Virus record (IMG/VR): IMGVR_UViG_3300043411_001204
DNA from: an uncultured virus (IMG/VR IMGVR_UViG_3300043411_001204)
Taxonomy: Duplodnaviria > Heunggongvirae > Uroviricota > Caudoviricetes
DNA length: 64,000 nt
Direction: 5' to 3' (one strand)
Below are positions 26,901-35,977 of the stretch, in pieces. Position 1 is the first letter of the stretch; each line of letters starts with the position of its first letter. Below the pieces are notes generated by a model. The model had not been told where the DNA came from and searched no databases. It was given only the letters and a program-made list of their open reading frames with translations. A program made the translations under genes and the position numbers.

Positions 26901-29279
26901 ATGGTCAAGTGTAGTTTCTGTAAGCGTCCAAGAAACGAAGTTAAGAACCTCATTTCAAGCTCCGACACGGATGAGACCTCAATCTGTGACCGATGTGTAC
27001 GGTCGGCAATGAAGGAGCTTGAGGTAGGCTCGCGTAAGGGTGGATTTGAGAAACCTAAGGAGGAGCCGCTCAAGCCTCCCATGGAAATCAAAGCACACTT
27101 GGACACTTACGTCATTGGGCAAGACCAAGCAAAGCGCACGATTGCTACGGCTGTCTACAACCATTTCAAGCGTCGCCAAGTTGCCAAAGATGGTAAGCTT
27201 GAGATTGAGGTGCACAACCCCAATGAGGACCCTCGAACTGAGCTTGTTGAGTTGGAAAAAAGTAACATCCTACTTTTAGGGCCTTCTGGGTGTCATCGTG
27301 CGGGACAACTTGTGTTGATGTACGATGGAACCTTCAAAACAGTAGAGGACGTAGAGGTGGGGGACCAACTCATGGGGCCAGACAGTACCCCTAGAACGGT
27401 ACTGGAGTTGCACAGGGGTCATAGTGGGATGGTGGAGATTACTCCAAAGAAGGGGGTGCCATGGGTTGTAAACGCTGGGCATATTCTAACGGTGGAGACA
27501 GGTACTTATAGTAAGTCTAGACGATTGGTTGACGTTGATGTGCAAACCTGGTCACTATGGCCCAAAAGTCGAAAACTTGAGTCAAAGCTAGTTCGTGTGC
27601 CTGTGACCTTCCCACGGGGTGCAAAGCTTCCATTGGACCCCTATCTTCTGGGTGTTCTTCTAGGGGATGGAAGCTTAGGACCCTCTGTTCGATTCACCTC
27701 AGCCGATTCTGAGATTGTGCGTGCCATGACCCAAGAAGCTAAGAAACTTGGCTTGAGGTTGACCAAGCACAACAAGTGGGTAACCAAGAATGGGAAGAGG
27801 CTAAAGTCGAAAGCTTCGTGTTACATTCTCTCTGGAGTTAAAGGAGTATGTAATCCGATTAGCTCTAAGCTCAAAATTCTTGGTCTTTGGGGCGCTAGAT
27901 CCGGAACAAAATTCGTACCCTATCTGTATAAAGTAGGTAGTTACGAAGAACGTATGTCTATGTTGGCTGGGTTGATAGACACGGATGGCAGCTACAACAA
28001 GACTGGCAAAAGCTACAACTATAAAAGCAAGTCCAAAGCTCTAATCGATGACGTGGCTTTTCTTGTGAGGAGCCTTGGATTTGCGACTTATCCACGTGCG
28101 TACAAACTAAAGGGGGTTACTTACTATAGCATGGAGATTGTTGGGGATGTCTCTAATATACCAGTTAGAGTTCGTCGTAAGAAGGGAGTTAAAAGGGGTA
28201 ATGGCCGTAATGTGCTCCGTACTGGATTTGTGATTCGCCCGCTCCCACCCGAGGATTACTTTGGTTTTGTTTTGGATGGAGACCATCGTTACTTGTTGGA
28301 TGACTTTACGGTAACTCATAACACTGGTAAGACCTATCTCGCTCGCACCATCGCTAAGATGTTGAATGTGCCGTTCTTTGTGGCGGACGCAACGCGCCTG
28401 ACTCAAGCAGGATATGTTGGGGATGATGTCGAGACGCTGCTACAGGGGCTCCTACAGGATGCTCAGGGTGATGTGGAGCGGGCCCAGTGGGGAATCATAT
28501 TCCTGGACGAGGTAGACAAGATTGCCAAGTCTGGTGGTCGGGATCGTTCGGGCTACCGAGATGTCACCGGGGAAGGGGTCCAGCAGTCCCTTCTAAAGCT
28601 CTTGGAGGGGTCGAAGGTCAACGTGCCTCGCTCTGGACGTTCTGGGACCTCTATGAGCGCTACGGACGTACTGGACACCACCAACATCCTCTTCATTTGC
28701 GCTGGCTCTTTCGCTGGAATCGAGCCTATCATCGAAAAGAGACTCAACAAGGGGTCCCGTCTTGGGTTTGGGTCAGAGTCCCGAGAGAAGTTTGACCAAA
28801 CAAAGACCTATCTAGCCGCTTGCCCGGAAGACCTATTGGAGTTCGGCATTATCCCAGAGATGCTTGGTCGGCTTCAAGTTTTGACGACCACGATTGAGTT
28901 AAGTGAAGAGGATATGATCCGAGTCCTCACTGAGCCAAGAAACTCCATCATCAAGCAATTTAGAGCCTTGTTCAAGTTGGACGGGGTAAGTCTAGAGTTC
29001 GACCCCGAAGCACTTCTCGCGATTGCCAGGAAGGCTAAGAAGATGCCTACAGGAGCAAGGGCTCTTCGATCGATTGTCGAAGAGGCACTCGGACAGGTGA
29101 TGTACTCCCTCCCAGGGTCTGGTGCTATCCAGGTGCGAGTAACCGAGCAAACGATTGAGACGGGGGTTGCAATGGTTACGAAAGAAACTCAGTGCAAGCA
29201 CCACTACGCGGACAAGAGTGACCCGGAAGAGAACTGTACTCATTGCGGTCAAAACCAGGGGTTAGTAGGAAGAGGGTGA
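26901..29279 (+). CDS. clpX: ClpX AAA+ unfoldase, intein-containing
   Basis: CSFC/CDRC zinc finger, VIGQDQAK, AVYNH, KSNILLLGP, AGYVGDDVE, DEVDKI, RDVTGEGVQQ, LGF loop, TGARALR. Confidence 0.95.
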   Translation: MVKCSFCKRPRNEVKNLISSSDTDETSICDRCVRSAMKELEVGSRKGGFEKPKEEPLKPPMEIKAHLDTYVIGQDQAKRTIATAVYNHFKRRQVAKDGKLEIEVHNPNEDPRTELVELEKSNILLLGPSGCHRAGQLVLMYDGTFKTVEDVEVGDQLMGPDSTPRTVLELHRGHSGMVEITPKKGVPWVVNAGHILTVETGTYSKSRRLVDVDVQTWSLWPKSRKLESKLVRVPVTFPRGAKLPLDPYLLGVLLGDGSLGPSVRFTSADSEIVRAMTQEAKKLGLRLTKHNKWVTKNGKRLKSKASCYILSGVKGVCNPISSKLKILGLWGARSGTKFVPYLYKVGSYEERMSMLAGLIDTDGSYNKTGKSYNYKSKSKALIDDVAFLVRSLGFATYPRAYKLKGVTYYSMEIVGDVSNIPVRVRRKKGVKRGNGRNVLRTGFVIRPLPPEDYFGFVLDGDHRYLLDDFTVTHNTGKTYLARTIAKMLNVPFFVADATRLTQAGYVGDDVETLLQGLLQDAQGDVERAQWGIIFLDEVDKIAKSGGRDRSGYRDVTGEGVQQSLLKLLEGSKVNVPRSGRSGTSMSATDVLDTTNILFICAGSFAGIEPIIEKRLNKGSRLGFGSESREKFDQTKTYLAACPEDLLEFGIIPEMLGRLQVLTTTIELSEEDMIRVLTEPRNSIIKQFRALFKLDGVSLEFDPEALLAIARKAKKMPTGARALRSIVEEALGQVMYSLPGSGAIQVRVTEQTIETGVAMVTKETQCKHHYADKSDPEENCTHCGQNQGLVGRG
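27291..28322 (+). mobile_element. Intein with LAGLIDADG endonuclease (344 aa) in the ClpX Walker A
   Basis: GPSG|CHRAG...VTHN|TGKT; LLGVLLGDGS and LAGLIDTDGS. Confidence 0.93.
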
Positions 29280-29284
29280 GCCTA

Positions 29285-29566
29285 ATGATTTGCGTATGTG
29301 GTGGCAGCATGAAGTTGGATCGATCGGTGGTGGATAGGCTTAATGCCAACGCAGATAGAAAGCACATACCGTGGAGCAGAAACCGACGTATCCGGAAGAA
29401 GCAAGAGAAGGCACACCGGCATTCTGCCCAGTTCATTGCTGCAATGGCAGTGAAACCGCTTTTCTCTCGTCCGCCTTGGAAATGTGATGTGTGTGGGAAG
29501 ACCGAGGGTCACTACGCAGCGCTGGGTCGAAGTCTTATCCAAATCGAACCGCTATCTCCACCCTAG
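29285..29566 (+). CDS. Small zinc-ribbon protein
   Basis: MICVCGG...WKCDVCG. Confidence 0.55.
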   Translation: MICVCGGSMKLDRSVVDRLNANADRKHIPWSRNRRIRKKQEKAHRHSAQFIAAMAVKPLFSRPPWKCDVCGKTEGHYAALGRSLIQIEPLSPP

Positions 29567-29594
29567 ATACCCCTTTGATATGACTTCTTAGAGG

Positions 29595-30845
29595 ATGACT
29601 CTACCTATCATCCAAAACGTAGTAGCTAGGTTCAAGCTTGCAGATTCCATTGGGGACCCAAGTGCCCTCATTCGAGAGTTTGAAGTAGTACTCAACAATA
29701 TGGCTTCGTTCGAGGCCAATCTTCCTCGGGCAAGAGTAGTAGAGAACATACTCAAAGAGGCCCAAAGGATAGCCATTCTACCTATCCAAAGCCGCCCCCC
29801 TTCAACGCCTGAAGGAGATAACGCAGTACGAAATGCTGGGCGGGAGTATGCCGTCCACAAGTCCACTTTCGCATCGGCTGTGAAGTACTCCTACCCTAGA
29901 TTCCAGAGATCTGGGTACGCTCTGTTCTTTTCACTACTCCAGCAGTATGATCTCCCTCCGAAAATTCGTAAAGGGGTCGAGGCTGCGGCGAAGTACTACT
30001 CGAAGAGTCGAATCAATGTGAACCCAAAGCCATGGGAGGTTCTTGACTTGTTCGAGAAGTACATGAGCTTGTACCGAGAGCAGTTTGAGCTAGCGACTAT
30101 GGCGCTTACTCAAAGTAAGCATCGAGTAGAGGGGGAGGAGGGGTCCTCTGCAAAGCTAATCAAAGCTGGTCCGTTTACCATTGTCAACACTGGTGGGTTT
30201 GACGAGAAGGTCGTACAGACGGTATCGGAAGTGGTAGAGAAAGCAGCGAGCCTGCTTCAGCGTAAGGGGCTAGGTAAGGTGTGCTACGGCGACATCCTGA
30301 TCACAAATACCTTACTGAAATCGACCGTCCTTGCCTTCTATATGTCAGATAAAGATGAGCTATTTGTTCGGGCTAACCTACGCAAGGGGCATGATGTTGT
30401 CCGTCTCGTGATTCATGAGCTAGGGCATAGGCTCCATCATAAGTTCCTTAAGTCAAAGGACCGAGACCTTCAGATGCTCTACTACAACCTAGGTAGGTCG
30501 GAGCAGGATCGAGTACAAGACTTAATCAACAACCCAGAGTCCCATCCCAAGCCAGGAGAGACGATGCAATCCAAGGGTAAGACCTATGAGGTTGTTAGAA
30601 CTGTCTACGACAAGGTGCACCTAGTGAGGCAAGATGACCCTAAGCAAATTGCAGCTATTTCGCTTCTGAGTTGGATTCAGATAAAGTCTGGGCTCAAGAC
30701 TGGACTGGATCTTACTCCAGACTCTGCCTTCATCACGGGGTACGCGAAGACGAGCTACAAAGAGAACTTTGCCGAGATGGTGGCGTTCTATTGCTTGGAT
30801 CAACTACCAGAGGCACAAGTGAAGATGCTAGAAGCCATACTATGA
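29595..30845 (+). CDS. Zinc metallopeptidase, lethal-factor-like, with inserted domain
   Basis: IHELGHRLH and YAKTSYKENFAEMV. Confidence 0.72.
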   Translation: MTLPIIQNVVARFKLADSIGDPSALIREFEVVLNNMASFEANLPRARVVENILKEAQRIAILPIQSRPPSTPEGDNAVRNAGREYAVHKSTFASAVKYSYPRFQRSGYALFFSLLQQYDLPPKIRKGVEAAAKYYSKSRINVNPKPWEVLDLFEKYMSLYREQFELATMALTQSKHRVEGEEGSSAKLIKAGPFTIVNTGGFDEKVVQTVSEVVEKAASLLQRKGLGKVCYGDILITNTLLKSTVLAFYMSDKDELFVRANLRKGHDVVRLVIHELGHRLHHKFLKSKDRDLQMLYYNLGRSEQDRVQDLINNPESHPKPGETMQSKGKTYEVVRTVYDKVHLVRQDDPKQIAAISLLSWIQIKSGLKTGLDLTPDSAFITGYAKTSYKENFAEMVAFYCLDQLPEAQVKMLEAIL

Positions 30846-31195
30846 AGTTATTTCTTGATGACATGCGTAGGCCTCCATTTGGTTGGAATCTAGTCCTTAC
30901 CGCAGATGCGTGCATTGAAGTTCTTAGCGATCAACGCCACGTAAGAGTGGAAGAACTTTCGCTAGACCACGACTTGCATGAGGAGCACTACGACACCTCA
31001 CGAGACCCGACAACGTACCAACACAAGACAGGTATGGCTGTTGTGGACTGGCTAGCTAACGCCCATATCAACCTGTGGCCTGCAATCGTTTACGTGCATT
31101 CCCTGAATGAGCGCGCACGAGGGGAGATGGTCAAAAGATTGAAGGGCTATGCTCCCCCTGAGGTGCAGGTAATCGACAAGCCTAGGCTCTACTAG
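30842..31195 (+). CDS. Cyclic-phosphate-processing receiver-like (cREC) domain protein
   Basis: MKLFLDDMR, LSLDHDL, TGMAVVDW, VHSLN. Confidence 0.8.
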   Translation: MKLFLDDMRRPPFGWNLVLTADACIEVLSDQRHVRVEELSLDHDLHEEHYDTSRDPTTYQHKTGMAVVDWLANAHINLWPAIVYVHSLNERARGEMVKRLKGYAPPEVQVIDKPRLY

Positions 31196-31230
31196 GGCGA
31201 ACTTCTTTTGATACGCTACCTCATGGTAGG

Positions 31231-32436
31231 ATGCCAAACTCAATTGACCGTATTGCACATAGGGTACTAACTCGACTTGCTGCCGAGCGAATCGCAAGTC
31301 GATACCTCTATGCGAAACTCTTCCTGGCTATGTCCCTTCAAGAGGCAAAGGTCATTCTAGGGTTTCCTCCTCAATCTTTCCCAACCGCAGATGAGATTAC
31401 AAAGGCCTACCGTAGGAAGGCCATTGAGAATCATCCTGATCGTGGGGGCAGTCACGAGAAGATGGTAGAGGTCAACGTAGCCAAGGATATCTTGGACGGT
31501 AAGAGTCGTGCAACCTTCCGACCTGAACCTCCCCCACCTCGCCCAAAGCCGCCACCCCCTAAGGAGCCAGATGAAGTTCTTGAGGGGCAGTCCTTTGAGG
31601 ACGCCATGGGTAACTCAGGAGTACCCGCTGGCGTGGAGTGGAAGTTCATTTCCGTTCCCGAGTGGTATTGGGAAAAGAGCTTCTACCCAAGTCATCGAAT
31701 CTGGGTACTCTACGGGCAAACCGAGGAGAAACATGTTTTCCTAGCTTTCAAGCAGCGAGGGGAGAGTTCCGGCACTGTCCCTACGGATAAGGGCAACACG
31801 AAGATAATGAAGGATTGGCAGTCGAGTGAGATTGACGTCCCAATCTCGCAGAACATTGCCAAAATTGCGGCAAAGTATATCAAACTCCTAGCCGATGGTT
31901 GGACAGATGTGCCGAAGATGCCAACTCCAAAGAAGTACATCGCTTGGTCGGGTGGTAAACCTACTGAAGTCCTAGTTGAGAAGACGCCTCGATCGGGTGG
32001 AGCCGCTCTGAAGGATATTCTTGCAGGTACTGGGCTACTTAACGATGATGACCCAACCATCACTGGACGTAAGAGTGTTGTTGAGGTCTTCACAAAGACC
32101 TCAATGGAACGCTTGAATCGTTGCAAGAAACTCAAAGCAGAGGGTAAGATCCCTTATGTCACCAACGCTCACCAGTACGACTTCTTTGTTCGTGTAAATG
32201 GGAAGACAGAGCAGTTGGAGGATGAAACCATCGAGAAGATGATTCGAGTATTCATCCCCTATGTCCTAAGCTGGGAGATTAGCGAAGGGGCCCCGAAGAA
32301 CCTCACACGTATGCGTGGCGGTCGCCTCAAGATTGGTCCCAAAGAGGCGATTGCTGAGCTACTGAAGTGCCTGACGGGAGAGCCTGCCTGGTTGAAAGAG
32401 GCGCTCAAGAAGGCGGTAGACGAGTATCCGGAGTAA
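31231..32436 (+). CDS. J-domain (DnaJ-like) protein, paralogue of 498..1571
   Basis: KAYRRKAIENHPDRGGSHEKMVEVNVA. Confidence 0.85.
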   Translation: MPNSIDRIAHRVLTRLAAERIASRYLYAKLFLAMSLQEAKVILGFPPQSFPTADEITKAYRRKAIENHPDRGGSHEKMVEVNVAKDILDGKSRATFRPEPPPPRPKPPPPKEPDEVLEGQSFEDAMGNSGVPAGVEWKFISVPEWYWEKSFYPSHRIWVLYGQTEEKHVFLAFKQRGESSGTVPTDKGNTKIMKDWQSSEIDVPISQNIAKIAAKYIKLLADGWTDVPKMPTPKKYIAWSGGKPTEVLVEKTPRSGGAALKDILAGTGLLNDDDPTITGRKSVVEVFTKTSMERLNRCKKLKAEGKIPYVTNAHQYDFFVRVNGKTEQLEDETIEKMIRVFIPYVLSWEISEGAPKNLTRMRGGRLKIGPKEAIAELLKCLTGEPAWLKEALKKAVDEYPE

Positions 32437-32478
32437 GTTTGAGGTTAAACCTTGGAGGAAGCTTCACGTAGGGGAGGT

Positions 32479-32772
32479 ATGATTCGTAAAAGTCTTGCTC
32501 AGCAGAACCTTGACGCATACTTCCGCACCACCAAGGCTCCAGGCCCTCTTGAGGGGGCAGCGGTCGGGGATAAAGTCTCCTACACCCGCTACTTCCTCAA
32601 ACAACTCTGTGTTGGAGCTACCGACCCCATGTGGCACAAACGCGGAACGATCGTAGCCCTTCGAGCCGGGACCACTTTGGTAAACGTTTTGTGGGATGGA
32701 GAGACTGAGCCTCGACCCATCCAACTTTCTTGTCTGGCCAAGCCTGGCCCCAACCTTCGATTTTGCGAGTAA
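32479..32772 (+). CDS. Hypothetical protein (SH3-like)
   Basis: GGAGG SD; VGDKV...GTIV...VLWD pattern. Confidence 0.55.
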   Translation: MIRKSLAQQNLDAYFRTTKAPGPLEGAAVGDKVSYTRYFLKQLCVGATDPMWHKRGTIVALRAGTTLVNVLWDGETEPRPIQLSCLAKPGPNLRFCE

Positions 32773-32776
32773 TACC

Positions 32777-33037
32777 ATGACGCACAACTACGATCGAACC
32801 AATCGAACAGCTACTATGCCATGGGGTATAGACGAAGAACACGACCGTACTCGCCTCGAAGAACGTGCAACCAAGGATTGGTCTCGGTTGGCTGGTGAGC
32901 CCGTACGGGTCGAAGACGTAGGGGGGACGTTGTACGCCTACGGCTCTGAGCTTGCTTGCCTTCGCCTCTGGTACAAAATGGGAATGGGAAAGGCTGCGTA
33001 CAGCTCAAATCTCAAGACCTGGTACTGGCGTAAGTAG
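32777..33037 (+). CDS. Hypothetical protein
   Basis: MTHNYDRTNRTA...YAYGSELACLRL. Confidence 0.6.
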   Translation: MTHNYDRTNRTATMPWGIDEEHDRTRLEERATKDWSRLAGEPVRVEDVGGTLYAYGSELACLRLWYKMGMGKAAYSSNLKTWYWRK

Positions 33038-33071
33038 GTCGACTGCAACGTATAGTTGAAAGGTACTTCAA

Positions 33072-33644
33072 ATGGCTAATCTGGTTCAGGAATTTCAGGA
33101 TGCGTTGATCACCCGCAACGTGGTTGCAGCGGTTACGGCTCGAATCGTTCAAGCCAACGCATTCGGAAAACCCCTCTACGGACATAAGGATGAGAACTCC
33201 GCTTACCTTGTGGAGGACTACCCCTATGGGGCAAGGGCTCGATGCCGGATCCGGTACTGGCTTGAATTTAGCTCTTCTAAGGGAGCTAGGTTCGTGTCTC
33301 AAACGGAAGACCCGAAACGGCTTCGTTGGAACGCACCTAAGAAGTCTACCTACATGCCATGGGGCGGAGCTATGTACCTCGACTCCAAGGAGCATGTTCA
33401 ATGGACAGGGGTAGGTCAGTACACAAAGGACGAGGAGATGCTAGAGTTCGTCAAAGCATTTCCAGACTCTGATCTGAGCATCCTCAAGAAGGTGGTTCCG
33501 ATCAAGATAAAGTACCTTATGCGTCGAATCAGTGGAGACAGTGGTCTCTCCATGAATGGAGTGAAGGTCGAAATGTCCGAAGAGGATATTGGTGAGGCTC
33601 GAAAAGACCTTGAAATCTGGCAAGATATTGCTAAGTACGTCTGA
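33072..33644 (+). CDS. Hypothetical protein with shared N-terminal leader
   Basis: VEDYPYG, WNAPKKSTY; leader ITRNVVAA. Confidence 0.7.
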   Translation: MANLVQEFQDALITRNVVAAVTARIVQANAFGKPLYGHKDENSAYLVEDYPYGARARCRIRYWLEFSSSKGARFVSQTEDPKRLRWNAPKKSTYMPWGGAMYLDSKEHVQWTGVGQYTKDEEMLEFVKAFPDSDLSILKKVVPIKIKYLMRRISGDSGLSMNGVKVEMSEEDIGEARKDLEIWQDIAKYV

Positions 33645-33653
33645 GTACTCACA

Positions 33654-33950
33654 ATGAGTAGCGAACTTACAACTAAGGTGCTGACAAGGTTCTTGGAGGC
33701 CTCGAAAGACCCATTGAACACCAAGACGGCAAAGACCTCCATGGAACCTCATGTGGTTCGGAGTGCCCTCGCCATGTTGGAGGAGATGAAGGAGGCTGAG
33801 GCCCGACTACGGAAGGCAGTTCAGTTCTCCAGGGCTCTACGAATAGAGCCCTCCCTAGAGTGGATCGTTGACCAGTTGGAGGAAGCTCACCAGTCCTGCG
33901 AGGGCGTAGTGAAGACTACAGAGGACACTCTCGACTACTTGAACCGCTAG
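33654..33950 (+). CDS. Hypothetical protein with shared N-terminal leader
   Basis: LTTKVLTRFLEA. Confidence 0.6.
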   Translation: MSSELTTKVLTRFLEASKDPLNTKTAKTSMEPHVVRSALAMLEEMKEAEARLRKAVQFSRALRIEPSLEWIVDQLEEAHQSCEGVVKTTEDTLDYLNR

Positions 33951-34426
33951 TAGTCGTCCCAGTCGCTACTACCCCAACAGAGTGAGCACTCCATAGAGTC
34001 TGCGGGCTGAGGTTCATACCCTGAGCCTGAGCATCGGGTACAGCGACTGTTTCGATAGTCCTTAATCACAGCTATAGCGCCATCAACGATGGCTTTTGAG
34101 GCAGACTCCTTATCGCCTACGACAAAAAATACCCCCTCTGAGCTTAGAGTGATGGTGATAAGGTCGTCGTAGTTCGTGTCGGTAAGGCCATCCTTCTCCC
34201 AACTACGGAATGCCTCCTCGTCCTTGTAGACAAATAGCTCGGTAACGTCCCAAAGTTTAAGAGCTATCGCAGACTGAAGTGGAGTCAAGGCCCTAAGGTG
34301 GCCTTCATATGGAGCACAAGAGACTACACTTGCGTTGGGCCACTTCCTGACTATGTAGTTCAAAGCCTCTACTAGATCGTAGGGGTTCCTAGCTCCAAGA
34401 AGTTCTACGTCGAACCCACCAATCAT
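33947..34426 (-). CDS. Hypothetical protein with C-terminal DnaJ-type CxxCxGxG zinc motif
   Basis: CTRCSGSG...CSLCWGS. Confidence 0.6.
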   Translation of the reverse strand: MIGGFDVELLGARNPYDLVEALNYIVRKWPNASVVSCAPYEGHLRALTPLQSAIALKLWDVTELFVYKDEEAFRSWEKDGLTDTNYDDLITITLSSEGVFFVVGDKESASKAIVDGAIAVIKDYRNSRCTRCSGSGYEPQPADSMECSLCWGSSDWDDY

Positions 34427-35031
34427 GACGACAACCTCTTGGGGATGTAGCTCTTACGATGGGCTGGGGAAATCCCTAGTTCGCGTATAGCTTGTTCGTG
34501 TTTCGCAGTCCCATAGCCTACGTTCGTAGCAAAACCATATCCTGGGTACTTGGTATCCAACTCCAGCATGTGTTGGTCGTGTAGGTACTTACCGATGACA
34601 CTTGCTGCCATGACTGCGTGGATTAGTCCGTCAGCCTTTGGGAGAGCGATGTGGGAGCTGGTTAGCATTTGGTTCTGCCCGTCAATGATCACAAGTGCTT
34701 GAGGATGGCTCCGTTGTAGCTCACTCACTACAGCTTGGTAGCAGCGTCGCAGAGCAACCGCTACTCCTACTTGGTCAATCTCCTCAGCTTGAGCCATTTC
34801 GACTTTGAATGGCACCTTAAGGGTGTCTACAAGGTACGTGTAGAAGTGCTTGTGCTTCGACTTACTCAACTTCTTAGAGTCGTTGAGGCCTACCGGTGGA
34901 ATCCAACTTGTGGGTACCGCTACTGCACACACAACAAGGGGCCCGGCATACGACCCAAAGCCGCACTCATCTGCCCCTAGTACCATGGTGTGGTCGCTTA
35001 TCTGGCGTACAATCTCTGGGCTAAGAGTCAC
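34423..35031 (-). CDS. rnhB: Ribonuclease HII
   Basis: GADECGFGSYAGPLV, LNDSKKL, IDG, AASVIGK, GYGT, HRKSY. Confidence 0.93.
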   Translation of the reverse strand: MTLSPEIVRQISDHTMVLGADECGFGSYAGPLVVCAVAVPTSWIPPVGLNDSKKLSKSKHKHFYTYLVDTLKVPFKVEMAQAEEIDQVGVAVALRRCYQAVVSELQRSHPQALVIIDGQNQMLTSSHIALPKADGLIHAVMAASVIGKYLHDQHMLELDTKYPGYGFATNVGYGTAKHEQAIRELGISPAHRKSYIPKRLSS

Positions 35032-35213
35032 TCAACGTCCCCTTTGAGCGTGTCTTCAATGAGAAGAAGCAGTTGCTCTGTAAAACTGTTATGGTTGTAG
35101 CCAGAGTTGGCTTCCCAGTCCCCCTCAAACTTAACTTCAAGCTCCCCCTCCCCATCAAGACGAACATCCTTGATAGAGCGGAGAATGTCCAGTACTTCCT
35201 TAGATGTTTTCAC
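35028..35213 (-). CDS. Hypothetical protein
   Basis: Coupled ORF. Confidence 0.5.
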   Translation of the reverse strand: MKTSKEVLDILRSIKDVRLDGEGELEVKFEGDWEANSGYNHNSFTEQLLLLIEDTLKGDVE

Positions 35214-35491
35214 GACTTACTTGACCCACCTGGAATGATTCGCCCCAGAACAGCATCGGCCTGGATATCACTTTTACGTCGAGCCGCTTCCATGTCGTAC
35301 AGGTATACAGGCAACTTGTAGTGGTTAGCCCACCACTGGCCTTTCTCGTCAGCCTCTTCTACGGTTTCTGCTCGTGCAAGAATGTGTCCAGGCATAACAC
35401 AATCCCCGAGAATGACAGCAAACCCTTCTCGGCGTTCCAGTTCTGGCATGGCCCATGATGGAACCACGATGATTTTAAGAGGGGTGTTCAA
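35210..35491 (-). CDS. Hypothetical protein
   Basis: Coupled ORF. Confidence 0.55.
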   Translation of the reverse strand: MNTPLKIIVVPSWAMPELERREGFAVILGDCVMPGHILARAETVEEADEKGQWWANHYKLPVYLYDMEAARRKSDIQADAVLGRIIPGGSSKS

Positions 35492-35913
35492 GCCTTCTTC
35501 CCCCCATGGAGAGCTGGGCGTGTAGCGTTGTACTGAAACTTGACGGCAACGGCTTTCGCTACATTTACACCATGAGCCTCAGCCTTATCAAGGGCACGAA
35601 TGATCTCATCTGCAATCTCTTCCTCAGCGTTGGTAAGGCCTGGGAGGCCTAGAGCCTCCATCTTTTCAGACTTGTTACATGGGTCTTGAAGCTTCCCGTC
35701 TCGAAACGCCTCCCAGAACTCAGAAGACTCTCCGTGTTGATTCGCAGTGTAGATCGCAGCACGAAGGGTCTGACCAATCGGACCAGCCCATTGCTCATCC
35801 GTCAAGTCTCCTCTCATCTGAGCCCTAAATCCCTTGTTTTTTGCATTCTCAGCTACAAGGTCACGAAGGGCGTTGAGGATAGCAAGACTCTCTGGGGTGA
35901 CGGTTAGGTTCAT
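35488..35913 (-). CDS. MazG-like all-alpha NTP pyrophosphatase
   Basis: HGESSEFWEAFR...EEEIADEIIRALD...KFQYNATRP. Confidence 0.8.
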   Translation of the reverse strand: MNLTVTPESLAILNALRDLVAENAKNKGFRAQMRGDLTDEQWAGPIGQTLRAAIYTANQHGESSEFWEAFRDGKLQDPCNKSEKMEALGLPGLTNAEEEIADEIIRALDKAEAHGVNVAKAVAVKFQYNATRPALHGGKKA

Positions 35914-35921
35914 GTTGAGGT

Positions 35922-35967
35922 ACTACACCAAAAAAAAAGTGACCCCTCCCCTTGTTTTTGGTGTAGT
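35922..35967. promoter_or_regulatory. Back-to-back divergent promoters (two copies of TTTTTGGTGTAGT)
   Basis: 13-bp inverted repeat, each GGTGTA 10-12 nt before a divergent ATG. Confidence 0.65.
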
Positions 35968-35977
35968 GCCGTAGAAC

